Source of the DNA: Bacteroidales bacterium
GTDB taxonomy: Bacteria; Bacteroidota; Bacteroidia; Bacteroidales; TTA-H9
Direction of reading: 5' to 3'
Length of the DNA stretch: 64,000 bases
NCBI GenBank assembly: GCA_049969475.1
Contig: JBMFOU010000002.1
Location: 72,271 to 136,270, forward strand
The translations under genes and the position numbers were made by a program. Shown piece after piece: positions 18,876-26,729 of the stretch. Each line of letters starts with the position of its first letter. Position 1 is the stretch's first letter. The notes beneath the pieces were generated by a model. That model made no database searches and was not told where the DNA came from. It saw only the letters and a list, made by a program, of their open reading frames with translations.

Positions 18876-18883
18876 TATTTTAG
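18876..18883 (+). promoter_or_regulatory. variant -7 box (TATTTTAG) for BNR paralog 2
   Basis: 28 nt upstream of ATG 18912. The same box sits at the same spacing upstream of paralog 3 (20963-20970). It is one mismatch from TAnnTTTG. Confidence 0.35.
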
Positions 18884-18911
18884 CCCCCCGTTTAACCAAA
18901 ATTCCAAAACC

Positions 18912-20768
18912 ATGAAAAGATTTTCTACCCTTATTGTAGCTCTCATGGTGACCGCCGGCCTCATGGGCCAGATGGCTCCTAAAAAGACGGGTTTTGAAAA
19001 CCTGGCAGCACCTAAAATTGCGTTGGCAATGAGTGAAGGGATGAGTCCTTCCAAGGACATTAATCCCTATGTTAATCCCGTTAGCGACGTGATTGAAGAG
19101 GACATCGGTACTACGATTTACGATTTACAATCCAACTCGTGCACACCTTACGGCCGACTCTATGTGTATCCCGATGGTACAAAAGCCGGGGTATGGACCA
19201 TGGGAAAAACACCTACCAGCTATCCCGACCGCGGAACAGGATACAACTATTTCAATGGTACCCAGTGGGGACCTGATCCTGCTGCAAGAATTGAAAGTTT
19301 AAGAACCGGATGGCCTTCGTATGCACCGTGTGGACCAAACGGTGAAATCGTAATCGCTCATCAAAGTGGCACAACCCCATTGTTAGTAGCACGTCGTGAG
19401 ACAAAAGGTACAGGTAACTGGATTGAGTCAACGATTCCAACCCCTTCGGGTGCTTCAGGAATGCTATGGCCGCGCATGATATCCACAGGTCCCGACAACA
19501 ATACTATTCATGTAATAGCACTCACTGCACCCACCGGAAACGGGGGAACCGTTTATCAGGGATTAGACGGAGCTCTCCTCTATTGCCGGTCTACGGATGG
19601 CGGGGTTACTTTTAGTGATTGGCAACTCTTCCCTGAACTCTCCAACAACTACTACCTCGGATTTGGTGGTGACTCCTATAGCTGGCTCATCCCCTACGAA
19701 AATCATATTGCCTTTGTTATTGCTGATAATGACAAAGACCTTATTATCATGCATTCAGCTGATAATGGTGATACCTGGGAAAAAACCATCGTTTGGGAAC
19801 ACCCCTATCCCTTCTTTAGCAGCTCCATGGTTACCGACAAATTCTATTGTCCCGATGGTTCTGCACATGGCGCCATCGACAAATATGGTAGAATTCATTT
19901 GGCCTTTGGTGTCAATAGGGCTTATTCCGATGGCTCAGGCTCTTTTTGGTTCCCCTGGGTGGACGGTGTAGCTTATTGGAATAGCGATATGCCTACCTGG
20001 CTGGGTGGCGACACCAGTGCCCTCAATCCGGATACCCTTTACAACCATGGAAACCTTATCGGTTGGATGCAGGATATCAATGGAAACGGAGAATTAGACC
20101 TTGTCTCCCTGGGTGGTGGTTACTCGCTCTACTACCTCAGCCCCACCTCCATGCCTCAGTTAATTTATGACAATGAAAACGATATTCTCTACTGTGCTTT
20201 TGTAAGCGTAACTGAAACCTTCAACAACGGCACGCAGGACTACCGCCATATCTGGGCCAGAATCTCCTACGACAATGGAGCTACCTGGGGTGATTTCATT
20301 GACCTTACCGGCGGCATTTTCCATATCTTCGACGAATGTGTTTTCCCCTCTATCAGCCCAACCTTTGACAACGGACGCCCTGCTCTCATCTACCAGCGCG
20401 ACAACGAACCCGGTCTCTCTGTTAGGGGCGACAGCGATCCTCCAACAACCAACTACATTACTTACATGGTGATTGATAATTATGTGGGTGTAAATGATAG
20501 CCAGAAAACCAATATCAACGTGAGCCAAAACTATCCTAACCCAGCCCACGGACTCACCCGCGTTATGGTTAATACCAATGCAAATACCAACCTGAGCCTC
20601 ACCCTGACCAATCTTGCCGGCCAAAAAGTGATGGAAATCAACAAAGGTCAGGTGAACGCCGGTACTCATATCTTCGATATCAACACCCATGGCCTTACTC
20701 CTGGCATTTACTTCTACACCGTGAATGCAGGCACACAAAAGACCACACTCAAAATGATGGTTAAATAA
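18912..20768 (+). CDS. T9SS-secreted BNR/Asp-box beta-propeller protein, paralog 2
   Basis: 618 aa with signal peptide MKRFSTLIVALMVTAGLMGQ. The N-terminal about 265 aa are roughly 80% identical to paralog 1. The remainder, from 'HIAFVIADNDKD...' onward, is 100% identical, including the T9SS CTD. Confidence 0.75.
   Translation: MKRFSTLIVALMVTAGLMGQMAPKKTGFENLAAPKIALAMSEGMSPSKDINPYVNPVSDVIEEDIGTTIYDLQSNSCTPYGRLYVYPDGTKAGVWTMGKTPTSYPDRGTGYNYFNGTQWGPDPAARIESLRTGWPSYAPCGPNGEIVIAHQSGTTPLLVARRETKGTGNWIESTIPTPSGASGMLWPRMISTGPDNNTIHVIALTAPTGNGGTVYQGLDGALLYCRSTDGGVTFSDWQLFPELSNNYYLGFGGDSYSWLIPYENHIAFVIADNDKDLIIMHSADNGDTWEKTIVWEHPYPFFSSSMVTDKFYCPDGSAHGAIDKYGRIHLAFGVNRAYSDGSGSFWFPWVDGVAYWNSDMPTWLGGDTSALNPDTLYNHGNLIGWMQDINGNGELDLVSLGGGYSLYYLSPTSMPQLIYDNENDILYCAFVSVTETFNNGTQDYRHIWARISYDNGATWGDFIDLTGGIFHIFDECVFPSISPTFDNGRPALIYQRDNEPGLSVRGDSDPPTTNYITYMVIDNYVGVNDSQKTNINVSQNYPNPAHGLTRVMVNTNANTNLSLTLTNLAGQKVMEINKGQVNAGTHIFDINTHGLTPGIYFYTVNAGTQKTTLKMMVK
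19704..20767 (+). repeat. copy B of the 1,064-bp perfect direct repeat (3' half of BNR paralog 2)
   Basis: See copy A (17700-18763). The offset is 2,004 bp. Confidence 0.9.
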
Positions 20769-20809
20769 TTAGCTTCATTTTTAATATCATCAGAGGCTAT
20801 TTAATTATC

Positions 20810-20843
20810 AGAGGCTATCGCTAAGGATAGCCTCTTTTCTTTT
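20810..20843 (+). terminator. intrinsic terminator after BNR paralog 2
   Basis: Perfect 10-bp stem agaggctatc (20810-20819) / gatagcctct (20826-20835) with loop gctaag, followed by tttcttttat. Confidence 0.75.
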
Positions 20844-20962
20844 ATAAAAATCATACCGTCTTTTGATTAATTGACTATTATACTCGATGGCTAATTTTTC
20901 AGAAAAAACAGGCCTCGATAAAAATCTTCCACAAAAAATCTCGTAAAACCATCAAGTTTTTT

Positions 20963-20970
20963 TATTTTAG
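20963..20970 (+). promoter_or_regulatory. variant -7 box (TATTTTAG) for BNR paralog 3
   Basis: 28 nt upstream of ATG 20999. It belongs to a 41-nt leader that is 35/41 identical to the leader of paralog 2. Confidence 0.35.
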
Positions 20971-20998
20971 CGCATTGTTTAACCAAAACTCCAAGACC

Positions 20999-23017
20999 AT
21001 GAAGAAAACCTTACTATTTGTAGCTCTGACTGTGTTCACGTTTTCACTCTTTGGCCAGAAAGGCCCACAATTGAAACAGTCGGTACCTGTGAATTTCCAA
21101 CCACAAAAGATCATGGAAGCCTATGAACCCATGAGCAGCACCCCCCTTCCGGCTGCAACTTTTAGCCAGGGTAGCCATAATGGAAGCAAGGGTATCGTTT
21201 CCGTAATTCCCATTGGAACCTCTGCCAATGCTTATGGATACGGATATGCAGGTGGGCAGAAAACCCTGGTATGGGCCGACGATAACCTTAAAACGGTTAT
21301 CAACACCCACCGCATGGGTCCCGGATCTACGCCTCCCTCACTCTCAGGTTATCTAGCTGTTGACCGCGGGCTTAATATGGGTGCTACCCCAGGGGATTGG
21401 ACCAACAATATGCAGATTTATGCCGCATTGATCCCTGGTGGGCAATACTACCTCGACGCAGCACGCTATCCTCAGGGTGTAATTTATAATCCAGAAGGAA
21501 ACACCGATCCGGCTAATGCTTATACAGTATTTTTTGCACCCAACCTCTCTAACACAACTTCGACCTGGGGTGGATTGAGTTATGGAGTTGCCAATTTGAT
21601 GAATAATGCTGACTCCACCAAGCACCTTAGGGCTTACAATCCCCCGCCTTATACCTACATTCCCGATGGTATGGATATCAACAAACAGGGAGTAGTTTTG
21701 GTATCTGACATCGATCAGGACTGGAGCACAGGAAGTGTTGTTTATCAAGGCAATATCATCATTTACAGAGGAGTATGGGACGCTGTTGAAAAAGATGTAT
21801 TTTATGAAGACATCCTTCTGCCTGTGGCAACCCTTGACAATAGCCGCCCTGCTGACGATCGAGTAGCATTCAGTCCCGACGGCCAAACTGCCTGGATGGT
21901 AGCCCTTGGCAACACGGGTAACCTCACAACTCCCGGCATGCTCAACTATTACCCCATACTCTACAAATCCACCGATGCCGGTCAAACCTGGGAAGGACCT
22001 ATCGAAGTACAACTGGATGGAGAAAATGGTATCCAGGCTGTAGTTTATGAACTTCTTGACGACACTATGATTGCTGCACTTTACAATCCCCCCCTGCCCG
22101 ATCGGACTCAGATTGGCTACACTACCGCTTTCGACTGCGACATTGTAGTTGATAAGTTTGGAAATCCCCACATTGGTGTCATTGTGGGCGTAACGGGTAA
22201 TAGCGATTACAGTATTGTCTCAGCCCATGGAGCCTTTGCCGCTATGGATATTTATAGTATCGACGGGGGAACTACCTGGATGGGACAAATCATGGGTTAT
22301 CCCAAACAGTTCCGCGGAACTTTCGGCGACCTCACCGAAGACAATCGCATCCAAATTGCCAGCAACTGGACCGGCGACAAAGTTTTTGTGGCCTGGCTCG
22401 ATACCGATCCCTCTATCGCTCAGGAAAACAACCAGCCTGACATATACTGCCGTGGCTTCGACCTGATGGCGAATAAAATCACCGGCGTTGCCCAGGGAGC
22501 CGGCTATCTGGATCAGCCAAACAATGTAACCTACTTCTCCGATGTTTACTTCCAGGCATATTTCTTCGGCATGTCGCGCTATACGCTTACCGATAATGAT
22601 AAGTTCATCATTCCTTTCGTTGTCGAAGGCCTGACTGATCCTGCCGGAGTCACCAACCCCGTTCAATTCAAGTATATCCCCGATTTCTATTACACTGATG
22701 CTGACTTCGTGTTCCCCGTTGGTAATCCCGGCGTGGGTATTAGCCCGGTAAACCGTATCGAAGCATCTGTTTCAGAAATTAATCCTAATCCGGCACGAGA
22801 AAATGCAAGCATAATGATTACTGTTGAGAATCCTACCCGTTTGACTTACACCATTTTCAGTGCTTCCGGACAGAAAATGCTTGAAAGTAATGTAATCAAC
22901 CTCAGCTCGGGTTCTTCCTATGTAAATATTCCTGTAGATCGTCTAAATGCTGGTGTTTATCTGGTTAAACTGAATATTAACAACCAGAGTATCACCCGTA
23001 AGCTTATGGTTAAATGA
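20999..23017 (+). CDS. T9SS-secreted BNR/Asp-box propeller-like protein, divergent paralog 3
   Basis: Start at MKKTLLFVALTVFTFSLFGQ. Asp-boxes: 'STDAGQTWEG', 'SIDGGTTWMG'. The C-terminal 'INPNPARENASIMI...GVYLVKL...KLMVK' is a T9SS CTD. It aligns only weakly by eye with paralogs 1, 2 and 4. Confidence 0.65.
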   Translation: MKKTLLFVALTVFTFSLFGQKGPQLKQSVPVNFQPQKIMEAYEPMSSTPLPAATFSQGSHNGSKGIVSVIPIGTSANAYGYGYAGGQKTLVWADDNLKTVINTHRMGPGSTPPSLSGYLAVDRGLNMGATPGDWTNNMQIYAALIPGGQYYLDAARYPQGVIYNPEGNTDPANAYTVFFAPNLSNTTSTWGGLSYGVANLMNNADSTKHLRAYNPPPYTYIPDGMDINKQGVVLVSDIDQDWSTGSVVYQGNIIIYRGVWDAVEKDVFYEDILLPVATLDNSRPADDRVAFSPDGQTAWMVALGNTGNLTTPGMLNYYPILYKSTDAGQTWEGPIEVQLDGENGIQAVVYELLDDTMIAALYNPPLPDRTQIGYTTAFDCDIVVDKFGNPHIGVIVGVTGNSDYSIVSAHGAFAAMDIYSIDGGTTWMGQIMGYPKQFRGTFGDLTEDNRIQIASNWTGDKVFVAWLDTDPSIAQENNQPDIYCRGFDLMANKITGVAQGAGYLDQPNNVTYFSDVYFQAYFFGMSRYTLTDNDKFIIPFVVEGLTDPAGVTNPVQFKYIPDFYYTDADFVFPVGNPGVGISPVNRIEASVSEINPNPARENASIMITVENPTRLTYTIFSASGQKMLESNVINLSSGSSYVNIPVDRLNAGVYLVKLNINNQSITRKLMVK

Positions 23018-23042
23018 TTAGCATTTTACCTGTTATACCATT

Positions 23043-23080
23043 AAAAAGTTGCAGGAAGTATTTTCCTGCAACTTTTTTAT
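23043..23080 (+). terminator. intrinsic terminator after BNR paralog 3
   Basis: Stem aaaagttgcagga (23043-23055) / tcctgcaactttt (23063-23075) with a 7-nt loop and a T-rich tail. Confidence 0.75.
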
Positions 23081-23177
23081 TTAGGTAAGCCTTAAATTTC
23101 TACTTATTGAGAGAATTCCTCCGGATAAACCAGCGTCTTTAATTTTTTTAGAAAAATAATTTTACGACGATTTACTT

Positions 23178-23185
23178 TATATTTG
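23178..23185 (+). promoter_or_regulatory. -7 promoter box (TATATTTG) for BNR paralog 4
   Basis: tatatttg lies 28 nt upstream of ATG 23214. Confidence 0.5.
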
Positions 23186-23213
23186 CTAAGCAAACACCAT
23201 AAAACAACATCCT

Positions 23214-25067
23214 ATGAGAAAAACTCTTGCCCTTATCGCACTGGCTGCTTTAACTACGATAGCCTGGGGCACCAACCGAGTTACCCCTTCAAAATCGCTT
23301 CGTCAAAATCAAAAAATTGTTAAAGAATCAAAACCCATTAAAGACCTCAATTCAGTAGCTACTCAATTGAGTAATCCTGGTCTTAAGAGCATCGTTGCAT
23401 ATAATGAGACCGACTTAGGAGTGACAAAATATGATTTACTGAGCAATGCAACAGTAAGCAACCGATTCTTTGCCTATCCTGATGGATACATGGCCGATGT
23501 GTGGACCATGGGGCTAACTCCCTCCTCTTATCCCGACAGAGGAACGGGGTACAACTACTTCAACGGAACCAACTGGCAAAGTGCCCCCACTGCTCGTATT
23601 GAGAATTTAAGAACAGGTTGGCCCTCCTACGCTCCGGCAGGCGCCACAGGCGAGGCCGTAGTCGCTCATACCGCCACCGACCTTAACTTTTCAAGAAGAG
23701 AGAACCGTTTCAGCGGTGATTGGTCTTTCACTTTGATGCCAGGCCCGGCTGGTTCTGGTGCAGAGCCTGCATGGCCTAGAATGGTGGCTTCTGGTGAAAA
23801 CTTCCAATATTTACATATCCTCTCAAACAGCTACAATACATACAATAACCAGGATATGGCCTTGCTATACTCCCGTTCCTCCGACGGAGGTCTGACCTGG
23901 GATTTTCAGTATGAAACCTTTGCAGACCTGGGACCCGATTACTATTATTCAATCCGTGCCGATGTTTACCCCATGGCTGCAAGAGGCAATACCGTTGCTT
24001 TCCTCATTGCCAGTGCCTGGACTGACCTTGTCCTAATGAAATCGAATGATAATGGAGATACCTGGGAAAAAACCGTAATCTGGCAGCACCCTTATCCCTT
24101 CTATGATTTTACCTCCGAGACAGATACTTTCTATACGGTTGATAATTCTGCAGCTCTTGCCATAGATAAAGACGGTATGGTTCATGTAGCCTTCGGTGTA
24201 AGCAAAGTGCAGGGTCATGCTGATGGCACTTACTCTTTATGGCCAGGAACTGATGGAATCGTCTATTGGAACGAAAACAGACCTGTTTTCACCAATAGTC
24301 AGATGGGTCTGTGCCCCTGGGGATACGAAGGTAGCGAACTAATACCCGATTACAACCTGGTGGGTTGGACCCAGGATGTAAATGGTAATGGACAAATTGA
24401 TTTTACCAATGACCTTTATTACTATCGCTCCATGGGTTTATCTACCATGCCCAGTCTGCATGTAGACGACCAGGACAATGTTTACCTTGCATTCGCCACA
24501 ACAACGGAAGGTTATGATAATGGAGTTTACAATTACAAACACATCTGGATGCGCATTGCCTCCAACAAAGGTGAAACCTGGTCGGGCACTTTCACTGACC
24601 TGATGGGTGATATTACGCATATATTCGACGAAGGCATTTGGCCACAGCTGGCTCAAATTAGCGATAATAACCTGTACCTGGTTTATAACGTCGACCCCAA
24701 TCCAGGCCTTGCATTAGATGGAGATCATGACCCCGTGGATAACCATCAGCTTTTCGTAGAAGTTCCCAAAGACCAGCTAGGTGTTGGTGTTGCAGAAAAA
24801 CCTATCAACCAGGTTGTTGTAGAGGGGCCCTATCCTAATCCTACTACCGATAAATCGTATATCCAGCTCACACTCAATCAGTCCACACAGGTTAACATCT
24901 TCATCAGCTCAGTAGATGGTCGTCGGCTCATAAGCATGCCAAAGGGTATGCTAACCCAGGGCACCCATGTAATCGACCTGCCATTGAACCAGCTTAAAAA
25001 TGGAGTTTACCTGGTATCGCTGGAAAGCAACAACACAGTTCAGACATTCCGGGTCATCAAAAAATAA
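23214..25067 (+). CDS. T9SS-secreted BNR/Asp-box beta-propeller protein, paralog 4
   Basis: 617 aa with signal peptide MRKTLALIALAALTTIAWG. It shares blocks with paralogs 1 and 2 ('YPDRGTGYNYFNGT.W...PTARIE..RTGWPSYAP', 'WPRM', 'SNDNGDTWEKTVIWQHPYPF'). T9SS CTD: 'PYPNPTTDKSYIQL...GVYLVSL...RVIKK'. Confidence 0.75.
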   Translation: MRKTLALIALAALTTIAWGTNRVTPSKSLRQNQKIVKESKPIKDLNSVATQLSNPGLKSIVAYNETDLGVTKYDLLSNATVSNRFFAYPDGYMADVWTMGLTPSSYPDRGTGYNYFNGTNWQSAPTARIENLRTGWPSYAPAGATGEAVVAHTATDLNFSRRENRFSGDWSFTLMPGPAGSGAEPAWPRMVASGENFQYLHILSNSYNTYNNQDMALLYSRSSDGGLTWDFQYETFADLGPDYYYSIRADVYPMAARGNTVAFLIASAWTDLVLMKSNDNGDTWEKTVIWQHPYPFYDFTSETDTFYTVDNSAALAIDKDGMVHVAFGVSKVQGHADGTYSLWPGTDGIVYWNENRPVFTNSQMGLCPWGYEGSELIPDYNLVGWTQDVNGNGQIDFTNDLYYYRSMGLSTMPSLHVDDQDNVYLAFATTTEGYDNGVYNYKHIWMRIASNKGETWSGTFTDLMGDITHIFDEGIWPQLAQISDNNLYLVYNVDPNPGLALDGDHDPVDNHQLFVEVPKDQLGVGVAEKPINQVVVEGPYPNPTTDKSYIQLTLNQSTQVNIFISSVDGRRLISMPKGMLTQGTHVIDLPLNQLKNGVYLVSLESNNTVQTFRVIKK

Positions 25068-25100
25068 TCTATTCTTCCTTTCCTGGTTCACAGTTTAACA

Positions 25101-25138
25101 AAGGCTCCGGTAGCATACCCACCGGGGCCTTTTCTTTG
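25101..25138 (+). terminator. intrinsic terminator after BNR paralog 4
   Basis: 10-bp stem aaggctccgg (25101-25110) / ccggggcctt (25122-25131) with one G-U pair and an 11-nt loop, followed by a T-rich tail. Confidence 0.6.
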
Positions 25139-25188
25139 ATAAATCCCTTTCATTAATTTAGCAAACTGATAATTAAACTTCACCCCCC

Positions 25189-25842
25189 TTGAAACACTTA
25201 CTCTGGCTCATAAGGAGAGATTTTGTACTGGAACTCCGACAGCCTCAGTTGCTAAGCGGAATCGTGCTACATGCGCTGGGATCGGTATGGATAACTTATC
25301 TGGCCTTCAAAGGCATGATACCTCCTGATACCTGGAATGGTCTACTTTGGGTCATCCTTCTGTTTTCAGCCATTCACGCTACAGGTCGTACCTTTGGCAG
25401 CGATTCAGCCGGTCGCAGACTTTATTACTACACATTAGCTTCTCCTCGCAATATCATTCTGGCTAAAATCGTTTACAATACCTTATTGATTCTTTTGCTG
25501 GGGATGATTACCAGCTTATTATATTTTTTATTTAACGGTAACCCCATCCGGCATTTTTTGCCTTTTACCCTTGCACTCATTTTGGGTACCATAGGGTTGA
25601 GTGGAATTCTAACATTCACTTCAGGACTTGCAGCACAAGAGGGCCGCAATTTTTCCCTGATGGCCATCCTCAGCTTACCGGTCAGTGCCCCAATGCTGCT
25701 TCTCCTCATCAGGCTTTCAAGCCTATCACTCCAACCGTTAGCTATTACCAACCTGGGAGGACTGATTCTGGCTTTACTTTTACTCGATTTAATAAGCATT
25801 GCCCTTGCCTGGATCCTGTTTCCTTATCTTTGGAAAGAATAA
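25189..25842 (+). CDS. ccmB: heme exporter protein B (CcmB-like ABC permease)
   Basis: 217 aa, six predicted TM helices, TTG start. N-terminal 'LIRRDFVLELRQPQ'. The size and the position directly upstream of ccmC fit CcmB. Confidence 0.65.
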   Translation: MKHLLWLIRRDFVLELRQPQLLSGIVLHALGSVWITYLAFKGMIPPDTWNGLLWVILLFSAIHATGRTFGSDSAGRRLYYYTLASPRNIILAKIVYNTLLILLLGMITSLLYFLFNGNPIRHFLPFTLALILGTIGLSGILTFTSGLAAQEGRNFSLMAILSLPVSAPMLLLLIRLSSLSLQPLAITNLGGLILALLLLDLISIALAWILFPYLWKE

Positions 25843-25889
25843 AATGAGCAAAAAAGGATAATGTTTGTTTAATTGGTAAAATCATTCGT

Positions 25890-26567
25890 ATGAGTTGGAA
25901 GGCCGAAGGATGGAAAATTTTAGGCGTAGTATTAATACTTTATAGCATCATCGCTGGCCTGTCTGTTCCTGTGCCTCAGTTACCCATCATCCATGAAAGC
26001 ATACGTAATCTTTTTTACCACGTTAGCATGTGGTTTACAATGACCACCTTAATGGCTACTTCCATGGGATACAGCATCTCTTATTTGCGGCATCCAACGA
26101 TGGGTAGAGATATTGCTGCCTCCGAAGCTGCGGCCACAGGTTTGTTCTTTGGTGGGCTGGGTCTGATAACGGGTATGATGTGGGCCAACTTTACGTGGGG
26201 TAAACCCTGGACCAACGATCCTCAGCTGAATGGTGCAGCCACAGCGATTTTAGTTTACCTAGCCTATTTTGTACTTCGATCATCTTTACAGGATGAAGAA
26301 AAAAGAGCAAGAATATCGGCTGTATACAATATTTTTGCTTTTGTGCTGATGCTGGTATTTATTGGCATTATGCCCCGCCTGGCCGAGCATAGCATTCATC
26401 CAGGGAAAAGCGGAAATCCCGCCCTGGGGGTTAAAGGTCTCGACCCCACCATGCGACTCATATTTTATCCGGCTGTTATAGGGTGGATCATTACCGCTTT
26501 ATGGATTTGGAAGGTCCGTATACGCCTCCGCAACATTCAAAGGAAACTATCAGAAGTTAATTTATAA
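25890..26567 (+). CDS. ccmC: heme exporter protein C / cytochrome c assembly protein CcmC
   Basis: 225 aa polytopic protein. It has the Trp-rich motif 'WANFTWGKPWTNDPQLNG' (WGxxWxWDxxL type) flanked by conserved His residues. Confidence 0.8.
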   Translation: MSWKAEGWKILGVVLILYSIIAGLSVPVPQLPIIHESIRNLFYHVSMWFTMTTLMATSMGYSISYLRHPTMGRDIAASEAAATGLFFGGLGLITGMMWANFTWGKPWTNDPQLNGAATAILVYLAYFVLRSSLQDEEKRARISAVYNIFAFVLMLVFIGIMPRLAEHSIHPGKSGNPALGVKGLDPTMRLIFYPAVIGWIITALWIWKVRIRLRNIQRKLSEVNL

Positions 26568-26579
26568 ACCTGAAATCCA

Positions 26580-26729
26580 ATGTTTGCCAATAAACTGTTC
26601 GTTGTAATTGGAGTCATAAGTCTCATCCTTATCGGCTTATTTATCTATCTATTTCTGCTCGACAAAAAAACCCGCCGACTGGAACAAAAGCTGGAAGAAT
26701 GGATGCGTAAAAACAATATAGAACCATGA
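26580..26729 (+). CDS. ccmD: small single-pass membrane protein, CcmD-like (below the ORF-track size cut-off)
   Basis: ATG 26580 to TGA 26727-26729. It encodes 49 aa: MFANKLFVVIGVISLILIGLFIYLFLLDKKTRRLEQKLEEWMRKNNIEP, one TM helix plus a charged tail. It starts 12 nt after ccmC, and its stop overlaps the ccmE start (ATGA). This is the ccmD position in ccm operons. Confidence 0.65.
   Translation: MFANKLFVVIGVISLILIGLFIYLFLLDKKTRRLEQKLEEWMRKNNIEP

Noticed and set aside
18156-20738. Two identical 192-aa minus-strand ORFs (18156-18734 and 20160-20738), plus identical 65-aa and 124-aa plus-strand ORFs inside the BNR genes.
   Set aside because: They are antisense or out-of-frame shadows of the duplicated 3' half of BNR paralogs 1 and 2. 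They have no signal or motif content, and their identity simply reflects the 1,064-bp repeat.
16869-20843. The 2-kb tandem duplication considered as a mobile element or IS-mediated event.
   Set aside because: There is no transposase, integrase, terminal inverted repeat or target-site duplication. The repeat boundaries fall inside and at the end of coding sequence, which fits gene conversion or unequal crossing-over.
21353-22171. 272-aa minus-strand ORF inside BNR paralog 3.
   Set aside because: It lies entirely antisense to a well-supported CDS that has a signal peptide, Asp-boxes and a T9SS CTD. It has low-complexity composition, no recognisable motif and no promoter box.
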